Of a DNA stretch of 64,000 bases, positions 39,623-53,001 are shown piece by piece (position 1 is the first letter of the stretch; each line of letters opens with the position of its first letter). Made by a program: the position numbers and the translations under genes. The notes beneath the pieces are model-generated. The model worked only from the letters and a program-made list of their open reading frames with translations. It was not told the DNA's origin and searched no databases. The stretch comes from Bacteroidales bacterium (GTDB lineage Bacteria; Bacteroidota; Bacteroidia; Bacteroidales; G3-4614). The stretch covers positions 6,689-70,688 of the forward strand of contig JAVVOY010000002.1 of the NCBI GenBank assembly GCA_036656055.1, given 5' to 3'.

Positions 39623-40543
39623 ATGAAAGTATTAGTAGCAACAGATAAACCTTTTGCCGCAATAGCGGTAGATGGTATTCGTAAAGAAATTGAAAATGCT
39701 GGAATGGAGTTGGCTCTTCTTGAGAAATACACAGAAAAGAGCCAATTACTTGAAGCAGTAAAGAGTGTTGACGGAATAATAGTCCGTAGTGATATTATTG
39801 ATGCAGAGGTTTTATCCGCAGCAAATAACCTTAAAATAGTTGTACGTGCCGGAGCCGGTTATGATAACATAGACCTTGGTATAGCAACATCAAAAGGAGT
39901 TTGCGTAATGAATACTCCCGGACAAAACTCTAATGCGGTTGCAGAACTCGTATTTGGGATGACAATAATGGTTATCCGTAACTTTTTCAACGGAACTTCA
40001 GGATCTGAACTTCTTGGTAAAAAATTAGGTATCCATGCTTTCGGTCAGGTTGGTCGCAATGTTGCCCGTATAGCAAAGGGGTTTGGAATGGAGGTTTTTG
40101 CATTTGATCCGTATTGCCCTGATGAGGCTATTTTAGCGGCAGGTGTTACACCGGTTAAAAATATTAATGAGCTTTATTCTAAGTGTCAATTCGTTTCAAT
40201 ACATATCCCAGCTACTGACGAAACTAAAAAATCTATCAATTACAACCTACTCAAGCAGATGCCCAAAAATGCAGTGCTTATAAATACTGCACGCAAAGAG
40301 GTTATAAATGAGGAGGAGCTTATCAAGCTAATGGAAGAGCGAGGAGATTTCCGTTATATATCAGATATTGCTCCATCAAATGCTGCAGATTTTACAGCCA
40401 AATTTGAAAGTCGTTGCTTCTTTACACCTAAAAAAATGGGAGCTCAAACGTCAGAGGCTAATATTAACGCTGGAATTGCAGCCGCAAAACAGTCTGTTGG
40501 TTATCTTAAAAATGGGATAGATAAATACAGAGTAAACAAATAA
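39623..40543 (+). CDS. serA: D-3-phosphoglycerate dehydrogenase (short form, D-2-hydroxyacid dehydrogenase family)
   Basis: 306 aa. NAD-binding GIHAFGQVGRNVA, plus the catalytic-region motifs of D-isomer-specific dehydrogenases. Immediately downstream of serC. Confidence 0.85.
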   Translation: MKVLVATDKPFAAIAVDGIRKEIENAGMELALLEKYTEKSQLLEAVKSVDGIIVRSDIIDAEVLSAANNLKIVVRAGAGYDNIDLGIATSKGVCVMNTPGQNSNAVAELVFGMTIMVIRNFFNGTSGSELLGKKLGIHAFGQVGRNVARIAKGFGMEVFAFDPYCPDEAILAAGVTPVKNINELYSKCQFVSIHIPATDETKKSINYNLLKQMPKNAVLINTARKEVINEEELIKLMEERGDFRYISDIAPSNAADFTAKFESRCFFTPKKMGAQTSEANINAGIAAAKQSVGYLKNGIDKYRVNK

Positions 40544-40567
40544 TATAACAGTACAGTTATAATAGTT

Positions 40568-40598
40568 GAGAATGGAGAATGTGAAGTTCTCCATTCTC
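40568..40598 (+). terminator. hairpin terminator after serA
   Basis: GAGAATGGAGAA-TGTGAAG-TTCTCCATTCTC, a perfect 12-bp stem 25 nt after the serA stop, followed by AGTTTATT. Confidence 0.6.
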
Positions 40599-40719
40599 AG
40601 TTTATTAGTTTATGAAATAAACCATGTTAAATTAACAGCATATTTAAACTTTATTAGATAAATTTCCGGATGGGAATATAAACAGACTTTACACTATTTT
40701 AAATTAATGACAGAAAGTT

Positions 40720-41970
40720 ATGGCAAAGATAAAACCGTTTAAAGGTGTACGCCCACCAAAGTCTATGGTAGAAGACGTTGCGTCTCGTCCGTATGATGTG
40801 CTTAATTCAGAAGAGGCGAGAAAAGAGGCAGATGGAAATGAGAAGTCTCTCTATCATATAATAAAACCTGAAATTGATTTTGCTCCCGGAACAGACGAAC
40901 ATGATTCGCCGGTATATGATAAAGCTGCTGAGAATTTTGAAAAATGGCAGAAAAACGGATGGCTCTTACAGGACGGTAAAGAAAATTACTATGTATATGC
41001 ACAAACAATGGACGGACGTACACAATACGGTCTTGTTGTCTGCGCAAATGTAGACGATTACCTTAACGGAGTGATTAAGAAGCATGAACTTACGCGCAGA
41101 GATAAAGAGGAAGATAGGATGAAACATGTGCGAATAAACAATGCTAATATCGAACCTGTATTTCTTGCATATCCTGATAATAACGAGCTAAATACAATAG
41201 TAGAAAAGAACGTAAAACATACTCCGGAATATGATTTTACGGCACCTGACGGTTTTGGTCATCACTTCTGGATAATTGATGACGAAAAAGATATTGCACG
41301 TATCACGGAACTGTTTTCAGAGATACCATACCTATATATTGCCGATGGACACCATCGGACTGCTGCCGCTGCTCTTGTGGGAGCAGAAAAAGCAAAGCAG
41401 AACTCTAACCACACAGGCGAAGAGGAATATAATTACTTTCTTGCAGTCTGCTTCCCTGCATCGCATCTTAATATTATTGATTACAATAGAGTACTCAAAG
41501 ATCTTAACGGTTTATCTGAAAATGAATTTCTGAATAAATTGAGGGACAACTTTACGATTGAAGATAAAGGCGAAATAGTTTATCATCCATCTGAATTGCA
41601 TAACTTTTCAATGTATCTTGGGGGGAAATGGTATTCACTAACTGCAAAACAAGGAAGATATAACAATGAAGATCCTATTGGAGTGCTTGATGTAACAATA
41701 TCGTCAGACCTTATATTACGCGATATCATAGGAATTACGGATTTGCGTTCAGACAAAAGGATAGATTTTGTGGGTGGGATACGCGGATTGGAAGAACTCA
41801 AACACCGTGTTGACAGTGGCGAAATGAAAGTAGCAATAGCACTATATCCGGTTTCGATGAAACAACTTATGGATATAGCCGACAGCGGAAACATAATGCC
41901 GCCAAAGACGACATGGTTTGAACCAAAATTACGTTCAGGGCTTGTTATTCATAAATTAAAAACAGTTTAG
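40720..41970 (+). CDS. DUF1015 domain-containing protein
   Basis: 416 aa. MAKIKPFKGVRP start and the ADGHHR motif (YIADGHHRTAAA) characteristic of DUF1015. Function unknown. Confidence 0.8.
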   Translation: MAKIKPFKGVRPPKSMVEDVASRPYDVLNSEEARKEADGNEKSLYHIIKPEIDFAPGTDEHDSPVYDKAAENFEKWQKNGWLLQDGKENYYVYAQTMDGRTQYGLVVCANVDDYLNGVIKKHELTRRDKEEDRMKHVRINNANIEPVFLAYPDNNELNTIVEKNVKHTPEYDFTAPDGFGHHFWIIDDEKDIARITELFSEIPYLYIADGHHRTAAAALVGAEKAKQNSNHTGEEEYNYFLAVCFPASHLNIIDYNRVLKDLNGLSENEFLNKLRDNFTIEDKGEIVYHPSELHNFSMYLGGKWYSLTAKQGRYNNEDPIGVLDVTISSDLILRDIIGITDLRSDKRIDFVGGIRGLEELKHRVDSGEMKVAIALYPVSMKQLMDIADSGNIMPPKTTWFEPKLRSGLVIHKLKTV

Positions 41971-42115
41971 CTGTTTTTTTAAGAGAAGCAATTAAAAAAT
42001 TGTTTATAATCAATCTTAATTATGAGCGGAATAAATTAATAGCCTTCTCTGGATTAATGTAATGAAAGGATAATGAATATTGGCCTTAAATAGGAAATTA
42101 ATAATATATTACGTG

Positions 42116-42153
42116 CAGCTATTAGGTAGATTATGGCGTCTATCTAATAGCTG
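42116..42153 (+). other. 15-bp inverted repeat immediately upstream of the ECF sigma gene (terminator or operator)
   Basis: CAGCTATTAGGTAGA-TTATGGCG-TCTATCTAATAGCTG (one G-T position) followed by TTTGTCTT. It ends 28 nt before the ATG at 42181. Confidence 0.4.
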
Positions 42154-42180
42154 TTTGTCTTATCAGTATGCTCCAGTATA

Positions 42181-42714
42181 ATGACCGAACAGCAGCAAAT
42201 TGAAGGTTGTAAATCCGGCGATTCAAAAGCTCAAAGATCGCTTTATGATACATTTTCCCGTAAAATGATGGGAGTATGTATGCGATATTGTGGTAATAAC
42301 CGTGAGACAGCTATGGATTTGTTGCAAGATGGTTTTGTTAGAGTTTTTACAGGAATAGTGAGTTATGACGGACGTGGATCACTTGAAGGGTGGATTCGTA
42401 AGGTTATAATAAATGTTGCATTAGATTATATAAGAACAAATGATCTACTGCGCAATACAGAAGATCTTGAATTTATTGCTGATCAGGATATAGATAGCTC
42501 TGCATTAGACGAGATATCGGCAAATGAGCTAATGGAAGTTATAGCAGAATTACCAGACGGATTCAGGGCAGTATTTAATATGTACGTAATTGAGGGATAT
42601 TCGCACAGGGAGATTGCCGATAAATTGGGAATAACAGAAAGCACTTCCAGATCACAACTAACACGAGCGAAACAACTTTTGCAAAAGAGACTAAAAGAGT
42701 TTAATGAAGAATAA
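42181..42714 (+). CDS. RNA polymerase ECF-type sigma factor
   Basis: 177 aa. Sigma-70 region 2 (LLQDGFVRVF, GWIRKVIINVALDYIR) and region 4 (EGYSHREIADKLGITESTSRSQLTRAK). Confidence 0.9.
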   Translation: MTEQQQIEGCKSGDSKAQRSLYDTFSRKMMGVCMRYCGNNRETAMDLLQDGFVRVFTGIVSYDGRGSLEGWIRKVIINVALDYIRTNDLLRNTEDLEFIADQDIDSSALDEISANELMEVIAELPDGFRAVFNMYVIEGYSHREIADKLGITESTSRSQLTRAKQLLQKRLKEFNEE

Positions 42715-43927
42715 AGATATATACGATAAAGTTAGGGATAAACTCATTAATCATGAAGTAGATCTTCCCGATGAGTGTTGGAATGCAATAGACAAACGTC
42801 TTGCATTTTCTCGTCGTCAAGAAAAGCATCGGAACTTATGGTATGCTATTGCCGCAGCAATAGCAGCGCTTACTGTATTTGTAATCTTTACCGATAAAAA
42901 AGACGAAAACACAGTATATACAGCAGAACTTAACAAAACGGAACAGATCGGAAATTTTATCGGTGCAAATAATAATGTGAATACAGAAAAAACAGAGCCG
43001 GTTAAAAATAATATAAAATCACTTTATACAAGGAATAACACTTCTTCTAAAGAAGATATTATACTGACTAAATGTAATAATAGATATCAGAATGGTTCTG
43101 TTGCAAAAAAAAATGAAGATGTAGTCAATCATGTTACAGCCTATAATATTACAGAAAAAGCAGATTCTTTGAAAAACGCTGTTTTAGAAGAAAAATCTGA
43201 TGATGCCAAATGCCGTGAATATATAAAGGAATTGAAAGGATCTTCGACTTTTGTAACTACCGAACCTGAGACTTATACACAATATGAATATGATAAAGGA
43301 TTCTCTATATCTATTGTTGCGGCAAATAGCATATCGGCTAATGGCAGCACCTCAGACAAGAAATTAACAATGTCGTCACAAACAGTCACAGATGAACTTC
43401 ACTTGTATTCAGCACCAGAGCCTTTACATTTCAAGCACAAGATGCCTATTTCTGTAGGAATGACAGTTGAAAAAAGATGGAAGAATAATTGGGGGCTCGA
43501 ATCTGGAATTGTATATACATTGTTGCGCTCTACTTATACAACAGAAAGTCATTCGCATGAAGGAGAACAAGAGTTGCATTATGTGGGTATTCCTATTCAG
43601 GCAACATACCGTTTTGCACAATTAAAACGTTTCGGTTTCTATGCTGCAGCAGGTCCTAAAATAGATTTTAATATTGCCGGGAAACGTACAGAGACAGTTC
43701 AAAATAGCGTTGCAACCAACAATTCAAGTGAGAACATACGTGATAAAACGCCACAATTTTCATTATTACTCCGTGCGGGAGTTAGTTTTGATATTGTCAA
43801 GCGACTTGAATTATATGTGGAGCCTTCCATCGCTTATTATATTAACAACAATGGCGATATACAAGATTTATGGAAAGATCGCCCGTTTAATTTTGTGTTG
43901 CAGTTCGGATTGAGAACGGATTTTTAA
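42704..43927 (+). CDS. anti-sigma-like membrane protein with C-terminal outer-membrane beta-barrel (PorT/OMP_b-brl_2-like) domain
   Basis: 407 aa. Its start overlaps the sigma gene's stop by 11 nt. Approx 45 cytoplasmic residues are followed by a TM helix (WYAIAAAIAALTVFVIF) and an approx 180-aa N/K/E/T-rich linker. The C-terminal approx 170 aa have an alternating hydrophobic pattern and end in FGLRTDF (C-terminal Phe). Confidence 0.65.
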   Translation: MKNKDIYDKVRDKLINHEVDLPDECWNAIDKRLAFSRRQEKHRNLWYAIAAAIAALTVFVIFTDKKDENTVYTAELNKTEQIGNFIGANNNVNTEKTEPVKNNIKSLYTRNNTSSKEDIILTKCNNRYQNGSVAKKNEDVVNHVTAYNITEKADSLKNAVLEEKSDDAKCREYIKELKGSSTFVTTEPETYTQYEYDKGFSISIVAANSISANGSTSDKKLTMSSQTVTDELHLYSAPEPLHFKHKMPISVGMTVEKRWKNNWGLESGIVYTLLRSTYTTESHSHEGEQELHYVGIPIQATYRFAQLKRFGFYAAAGPKIDFNIAGKRTETVQNSVATNNSSENIRDKTPQFSLLLRAGVSFDIVKRLELYVEPSIAYYINNNGDIQDLWKDRPFNFVLQFGLRTDF

Positions 43928-44022
43928 AAATAAGTTGTATTTTTGTCATGCAATACATAGTTGTGTTTAAATAATTATCATCGTTTAGGATTAACAAACG
44001 GATTAAAGGATCCATTAATGTA

Positions 44023-44742
44023 ATGAAAAGACTAAATATAATTTTACTGTTTGCCTCATTCATGTGTCTTATTACCGGATGTATCGGAAACAAAGGTAAC
44101 ACTTTGGAGTCTTATGATGTTGGAACGCTTTTAAACGTCAACGGCAAACTATGTATAAAGGGTGATAATGTAAAGTTGTTCTTGACTGGAGCAGGATTGC
44201 CGGAATTTACAGAAAATTCAATTACGCGCTGTTTTTGTACATTTATGATAGATTGGGACGATCAGCCCGAAGATGCTTATGCAATTGGTGTGTATAATGC
44301 AAAAATAAATGTAGAATCTAAATGGGAAACAGAAAATTATCTGCCTAATATTGGTCTACCGTTTACCGGTAGCGATTCTTTGATAAATATTTCAAAGCCA
44401 TATATTGTTAATGTATTAAATACACCTATAATTACATTTCAGACATCAACATACTTTAGTGACTCCCCTGTATATCAACTTGCTGTTGATAACGTAGATA
44501 TTGCCAAGAAGGTTGTTATGATTGATTTTGTGTATTCTGCCGGACAGAATGTGAATAAAGACATAAAAACGATCCAATGGCGGTCATATAAGTTACCGGC
44601 CTTTACTCAAGACTATACACTCGTTTTTCAGTTTAAGAGTTTTACAAAGCCAGCGTTCACACATACTATATATTCAGATCCGATAGACATAAAGAAGAAT
44701 GCTTATCGCTTTAATATAAACTATAAAGCTACTGCAAAGTAA
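44023..44742 (+). CDS. hypothetical lipoprotein
   Basis: 239 aa. Lipobox LITGC. No family recognised with confidence. Same strand as the ECF pair and 95 nt downstream of it. Confidence 0.6.
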   Translation: MKRLNIILLFASFMCLITGCIGNKGNTLESYDVGTLLNVNGKLCIKGDNVKLFLTGAGLPEFTENSITRCFCTFMIDWDDQPEDAYAIGVYNAKINVESKWETENYLPNIGLPFTGSDSLINISKPYIVNVLNTPIITFQTSTYFSDSPVYQLAVDNVDIAKKVVMIDFVYSAGQNVNKDIKTIQWRSYKLPAFTQDYTLVFQFKSFTKPAFTHTIYSDPIDIKKNAYRFNINYKATAK

Positions 44743-44760
44743 TTATTACTCTCACTATTA

Positions 44761-45414
44761 TTAGTACGCTACCTCTTCAATTTTGTACTTATTCCAGATA
44801 TTTGATTTAGAATATGCTTTACTGCTGCCACGCGGAACAGATATTACCGGATTTGTTTTTCCTAATTTGCTACCATTTATTTCAGGTGGTATAGCAGAGA
44901 TTATATTAATTCTTTTTAAAGATGAACAACCATTAAATACGTTGTCGCCTAATATTTTAATGCTAGCGGGCAAAGTTATTGTTTCGAGAGAGGTACATCC
45001 GTAAAATACAGCATTTCCTATTTTTGATAATTTATTTGGAAGAGTTATCTGCTTTATGTTTTTGCATCCTACAAAAGCCCCATCATCAAGTTGTACTATA
45101 CTTTCAGGAAATATTACTTCGGTGAGAGAATCACAATAAGCAAAGGCATTTTCCCATATAGATGTTACAGTATATAAACCACCACCTTTGAAAACCTTTT
45201 CAGGAATAGTTACATTACCTTTATAGCTATTATAATTAAAGTCGCGGTTAGCCACGGCAATTGTTAACGGTATTTCGTCTGACGTTACATTATAATATAT
45301 TAAAGATCCGGTCTTTTCGTCAGAAAAATCATATTCATACTCCTCTCCTTTTACTGAGGCGTAACAGAATAGTAATAATATGATTGTGTATAATCTAAGT
45401 AAATTATTAAGCAT
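44761..45414 (-). CDS. BspA-type leucine-rich repeat protein (short, no T9SS sorting domain)
   Basis: 217 aa. Signal peptide and LRR units of the same family as 15484..17007 (LTEVIFPESIVQLDDGAFVGC, ITLPNKLSKIGNAVFYGC, ITLPASIKILGDNVFNGC). Confidence 0.75.
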   Translation of the reverse strand: MLNNLLRLYTIILLLFCYASVKGEEYEYDFSDEKTGSLIYYNVTSDEIPLTIAVANRDFNYNSYKGNVTIPEKVFKGGGLYTVTSIWENAFAYCDSLTEVIFPESIVQLDDGAFVGCKNIKQITLPNKLSKIGNAVFYGCTSLETITLPASIKILGDNVFNGCSSLKRINIISAIPPEINGSKLGKTNPVISVPRGSSKAYSKSNIWNKYKIEEVAY

Positions 45415-45584
45415 ATCTTTATCTCTTATATATTTATTCTAAATTTGTGTTTGGCACAAAGCATTGAAATTATTCTGCAAATATACCAAAATTCATTTAC
45501 TAGCGTCTCAACCTCAAAAATAAATTGATATATGCCTAGCCTGAAACTTAATATAATACTGTAATCGCGTTATAAGCAAGACTA

Positions 45585-46007
45585 CTACTTCTTGTCTTTA
45601 ATAATATCTCTGATCTCAGCAAGCAATTTTTCCTCATTGGACGGAGCCGGTGCCTGTGGTGGAGCAGCAGGTTGTTCATGCTTTTTGTTGAGCTTATTTA
45701 TTAATCGTATCATAATAAATATAGAGAAAGCTATTATCAGAAAATCTAATGTTGCCTGAATAAAATTGCCATAGTTAAGAGTGACAGCAACTTTTTGTAC
45801 ACCGTCCACTATTTCAGGCCTTTTTAATATTATTGTTAGATCGCTAAAATTTACACCACCAATAAGTAATCCGATGGGAGGCATTATTATATCGGAAACT
45901 AATGATGATACTATCCGACCAAAAGCGCCTCCAATTATCACACCGACAGCTAAATCTACCACATTTCCCCTCATGGCAAATGCTTTAAAATCGTCAATAA
46001 ATTTCAT
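45585..46007 (-). CDS. mscL: large-conductance mechanosensitive channel
   Basis: 140 aa. [38 protein letters not shown], the canonical MscL N-terminus. Confidence 0.93.
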   Translation of the reverse strand: MKFIDDFKAFAMRGNVVDLAVGVIIGGAFGRIVSSLVSDIIMPPIGLLIGGVNFSDLTIILKRPEIVDGVQKVAVTLNYGNFIQATLDFLIIAFSIFIMIRLINKLNKKHEQPAAPPQAPAPSNEEKLLAEIRDIIKDKK

Positions 46008-46102
46008 ATTAATATTTTTTACAATGATATAATATATATTTTAAATTGGCACTAAATTATAAAAAAAAATCGAAATAAATCTCTTTTCGATATATTATTT
46101 CA

Positions 46103-46110
46103 TATCTTTG
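46103..46110 (+). promoter_or_regulatory. Bacteroides-type -7 box (TATCTTTG) for the thiamine operon
   Basis: TAnnTTTG match approx 160 nt upstream of the TPP aptamer. Confidence 0.35.
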
Positions 46111-46264
46111 CAATATGTCTTGCTAAGATAAACTAAAAGGTAATATCGATTATCTAACAATGCTATTCAAAAGAACATTTCTCCAGTTAGATTCTGAACT
46201 GTTTTTATGAATATTTATCTGTTAATAAACTAAGAGAGGATCACAACCTTTCGTTGATATTATA

Positions 46265-46345
46265 ATAAAAAAGGGGTGCTTTAAAAAGCTGAGATTATAC
46301 CCGCTGAACCTGTACGGATAATGCCGACGTAGGGATTCTTTTCTA
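46265..46345 (+). ncRNA. TPP (THI-box) riboswitch
   Basis: AAGGGGTGCTTTAAAAAGCTGAGATTATACCCGCTGAACCTGTACGGATAATGCCGACGTAGGGATTC contains the conserved TPP aptamer elements (GGGGTGC, CTGAGA, ACCC, CTGAACCTG, GGATAATGCC, GTAGGGA). It sits 40 nt upstream of thiD. Confidence 0.85.
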
Positions 46346-46380
46346 CACAATCACTATTCTGTTTTTGTTCAAAAGGTCAC

Positions 46381-47223
46381 ATGTCTCCAATGTTAAAGGA
46401 TATGAAAAGATACGTGAAATGCCTTACTATTGCCGGCTCTGACAGCGGAGGTGGAGCCGGAATACAGGCCGATATAAAGACTATGTCGGCTCTTGGTGTA
46501 TTTGGAATGAGTGCAATAACAGCCATAACTGCGCAAAACACCATTGGTGTAACAAAGATAGGTGCCGTACCGGCAGATCTTGTAAAGGCTCAGATAGATG
46601 CGGTATTAAGTGATATTGGTGCTGACGCAGTAAAGATAGGAATGATCTATCTGCCGGAGACAGCATGGGTTATAGTGGAATTATTAGAAAAATACTCTCC
46701 TAAGTTTGTAGTTTTAGATCCTGTCCTCGTCTCCAGTACAAATTGCGATCTAAGTACCAAAGATTGCTGCACTGTAATCTCAGACGAACTTATGCAACGT
46801 TCTACTATTATTACGCCTAATAAAGACGAGGCTGAGAAGCTTTCAGGAATAAAAATTTCAAGTAAAGAAGATATGAAGAGGGCTGCATGTATCTTAATGG
46901 ATAAAGGGGCAAAAGCAGTTCTTATTAAAGGTGGGCATCTTATTGAAAATTGTCTAGCTGCCGATTTTCTTGTAACTGGCGATGGAACAGAAAGGTGGTT
47001 TTCAGGGAACTATATTGCGAGTGGTAATACCCATGGAACAGGATGTTCTCTCTCTTCTGCCATAGCATCTTATCTTGCACTTGGATATGATATTAACTGT
47101 GCGATAACAAAAGCAAAAGAGTTTATAACTGCCGCTATTTTAAATGGGTGTGACGTTAAAAACGGAAAAGGAATTGGTGCTGTGAATCATTTTTACGCTC
47201 CAATTCCTCTGATAAAATTATAA
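46381..47223 (+). CDS. thiD: hydroxymethylpyrimidine / phosphomethylpyrimidine kinase
   Basis: 280 aa. [23 protein letters not shown], and [11 protein letters not shown] motifs. Confidence 0.92.
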   Translation: MSPMLKDMKRYVKCLTIAGSDSGGGAGIQADIKTMSALGVFGMSAITAITAQNTIGVTKIGAVPADLVKAQIDAVLSDIGADAVKIGMIYLPETAWVIVELLEKYSPKFVVLDPVLVSSTNCDLSTKDCCTVISDELMQRSTIITPNKDEAEKLSGIKISSKEDMKRAACILMDKGAKAVLIKGGHLIENCLAADFLVTGDGTERWFSGNYIASGNTHGTGCSLSSAIASYLALGYDINCAITKAKEFITAAILNGCDVKNGKGIGAVNHFYAPIPLIKL

Positions 47224-47227
47224 TAAT

Positions 47228-47428
47228 ATGGAGATAATACTAAACAATAAAATAGTAATTGTTGATGATAAAACAACCATCGAAAAGGTCATAACCTATT
47301 TCGGAATGAATCCCGTTGGAATAGCGATTGCCGTTAATAATAAAATTGTCAGCAGAAATGACTGGAATAAAACCATCTTGAATAATGGTGATAAGGTTGT
47401 TATGATAAAGGGTGCCTGCGGAGGATAA
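47228..47428 (+). CDS. thiS: thiamine biosynthesis sulfur-carrier protein
   Basis: 66 aa ubiquitin-like protein ending in GG (KGACGG), in thi operon context. Confidence 0.85.
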   Translation: MEIILNNKIVIVDDKTTIEKVITYFGMNPVGIAIAVNNKIVSRNDWNKTILNNGDKVVMIKGACGG

Positions 47429-47476
47429 TAGAGCAGATAAATAATTATATAAATTCATATATAACAAAATAATAGG

Positions 47477-48070
47477 ATGAAAGTAATAGCAATAAGCAGA
47501 CCTGATTTTTTTATAGGAGAAGAATTGGTTATAAAAACACTGATAGATGAAGGTTTGGATTTTATACATATACGCAAACCCAATGCTAAGTCACGGAAAG
47601 TGGCAGAACTTATCAATAAGATTCCAGAAAGCTATTACCCTAATATAGTACTTAACGGATGCTTTGAATTGCTTGCTGATTATAATGTTGGTGGAATACA
47701 CCTTAATGCACGTAACTGTGAGACACCTGAAACCTTTACAGGAAAAGTAAGTTTTTCATGCCACTCAATTGAAGAGTTAATAATGAGAGGTGATGAGATG
47801 GATTACTGCTTTTTAAGCCCTATTTACGACAGCATATCAAAGAGCGGTTACTCCTCAGGATTTTCACATCATATATTGTCAGATGCCGCAGCAAGAGGTA
47901 TAATAAATGAAAAAGTTATTGCGTTGGGAGGTGTTACCCCTGAACGTATTCCAGCTTTAAAATGTTACAAATTCGGCGGTAGTGCCGTGTTGGGTTATAT
48001 CTGGAATTCCCCTACCATTGATATTATATGTGAGAAGATGCAGTTGTTGAGAAAATATTCAGACAGATAA
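47477..48070 (+). CDS. thiamine phosphate synthase family protein (divergent ThiE/TenI-like paralogue)
   Basis: 197 aa TIM-barrel-like protein with ThiE/TenI family features (IHIRKP, GGIHLN, FLSPIYDS, ALGGV). More divergent from canonical ThiE than the next gene. Confidence 0.7.
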   Translation: MKVIAISRPDFFIGEELVIKTLIDEGLDFIHIRKPNAKSRKVAELINKIPESYYPNIVLNGCFELLADYNVGGIHLNARNCETPETFTGKVSFSCHSIEELIMRGDEMDYCFLSPIYDSISKSGYSSGFSHHILSDAAARGIINEKVIALGGVTPERIPALKCYKFGGSAVLGYIWNSPTIDIICEKMQLLRKYSDR

Positions 48071-48072
48071 AT

Positions 48073-48705
48073 ATGTTGCAGTTTATAACACACGAAGGTA
48101 ACGGTTACAGCTATTTTGATTCGGCATTGCTTGCCCTTAAAGGTGGCTGCAAGTGGATACAATTGAGAATGAAATATGCCCATGCGGATAAAATACGCGA
48201 AGTAGCATTAAGACTGAAAGAGGAGTGCCAAAAATATGACGCAATACTAATTATAGACGATCATGTTGATCTGGTGGTAGATATAGATGTTGATGGGGTG
48301 CATCTTGGAAAAGATGATATGCCACCTCATGAAGCACGAAAGTTAATGGGCGAAAAATATATAATTGGCGGAACAGCAAATACATTTGACGATATAAAAA
48401 CACTCGTAAAAGCTAACATTGATTATATTGGTCTCGGTCCATACCGTTTTACTAAAACAAAAGATAGGCTCTCTCCTGTCCTAGGTATTGATGGGTATAA
48501 GGAGATAATACAAAAATATAGAGATGCCGGCTATAATACACCAATAGTTGCAATCGGAGGGATAAACAAAGAGGATGTATCGGCACTTATCAACTGCGGA
48601 ATTTCAGGCATAGCCGTTTCTGGTACTGTTATAAATGCCACAGATCCGATTGAGGAGACAAAAAAAATACTTGAAATATTGTACAACGTAAAAAAAACAG
48701 AATAG
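48073..48705 (+). CDS. thiE: thiamine phosphate synthase
   Basis: 210 aa. [48 protein letters not shown] motifs. Confidence 0.88.
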   Translation: MLQFITHEGNGYSYFDSALLALKGGCKWIQLRMKYAHADKIREVALRLKEECQKYDAILIIDDHVDLVVDIDVDGVHLGKDDMPPHEARKLMGEKYIIGGTANTFDDIKTLVKANIDYIGLGPYRFTKTKDRLSPVLGIDGYKEIIQKYRDAGYNTPIVAIGGINKEDVSALINCGISGIAVSGTVINATDPIEETKKILEILYNVKKTE

Positions 48706-48707
48706 AG

Positions 48708-52302
<3,595 letters not shown>

Positions 52303-52306
<4 letters not shown>

Positions 52307-53001
52307 TTATGGGACGCTACGATAGACAGACGGTTTTAGCAGAGATAGGAGAAAAGGGACAACAAGCCTTATCAGAGGCGGCAGTTCTTGTTATAGGCGT
52401 AGGTGGGCTCGGTTCTCCTGCTTCACTTTATCTTGCAGCCGCAGGAGTAGGAAGAATAGGGCTTGTTGATGGTGATGTCATATCATTGAGTAATTTGCAG
52501 CGACAGGTTCTGTACAGCGAGAAAGAAGTTGGTATGCCTAAGGCTGTATGTGCAGCAGGTAGGCTTAAAGAGTTATCGCACAGTCTTAAAATTGATATTT
52601 ATAACGAAATGCTGACATCGGAAAACTCTCTTGATATTGCCCGCGGTTACGACATAATAGTTGACGGTTGCGATAATATTGCAACTCGTTATCTTATAAA
52701 CGATGTGGCTATCAAACTTGGAATCCCATATATATATGGAGCCGTTTCGGAGTTCTGTGGGCAAGTTTCACTGTTCAATTACAAGAATGGAAAGAGTTAT
52801 GAAGACCTTTATCCGAAAGGATCTTTTTCCTCAACATGCAGTTCCGCAATAGGCGTTATTGGGGCTTTACCGGGGATTATAGGATCAATTGAAGCTATGG
52901 AAGCGATTAAAGTTATAACCTGTGCCGGAGAGACTTTGCGTAACAGACTGCTTACGGTGGATTCTCTTACAATGGAGTTTAATATGTATGAATTGGATTA
53001 G
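52303..53001 (+). CDS. thiF: ThiF/MoeB/HesA family adenylyltransferase
   Basis: 232 aa. RYDRQ start and GVGGLGSP nucleotide-binding loop. Its start overlaps the thiH stop (GTTGATTATGG context). Confidence 0.85.
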
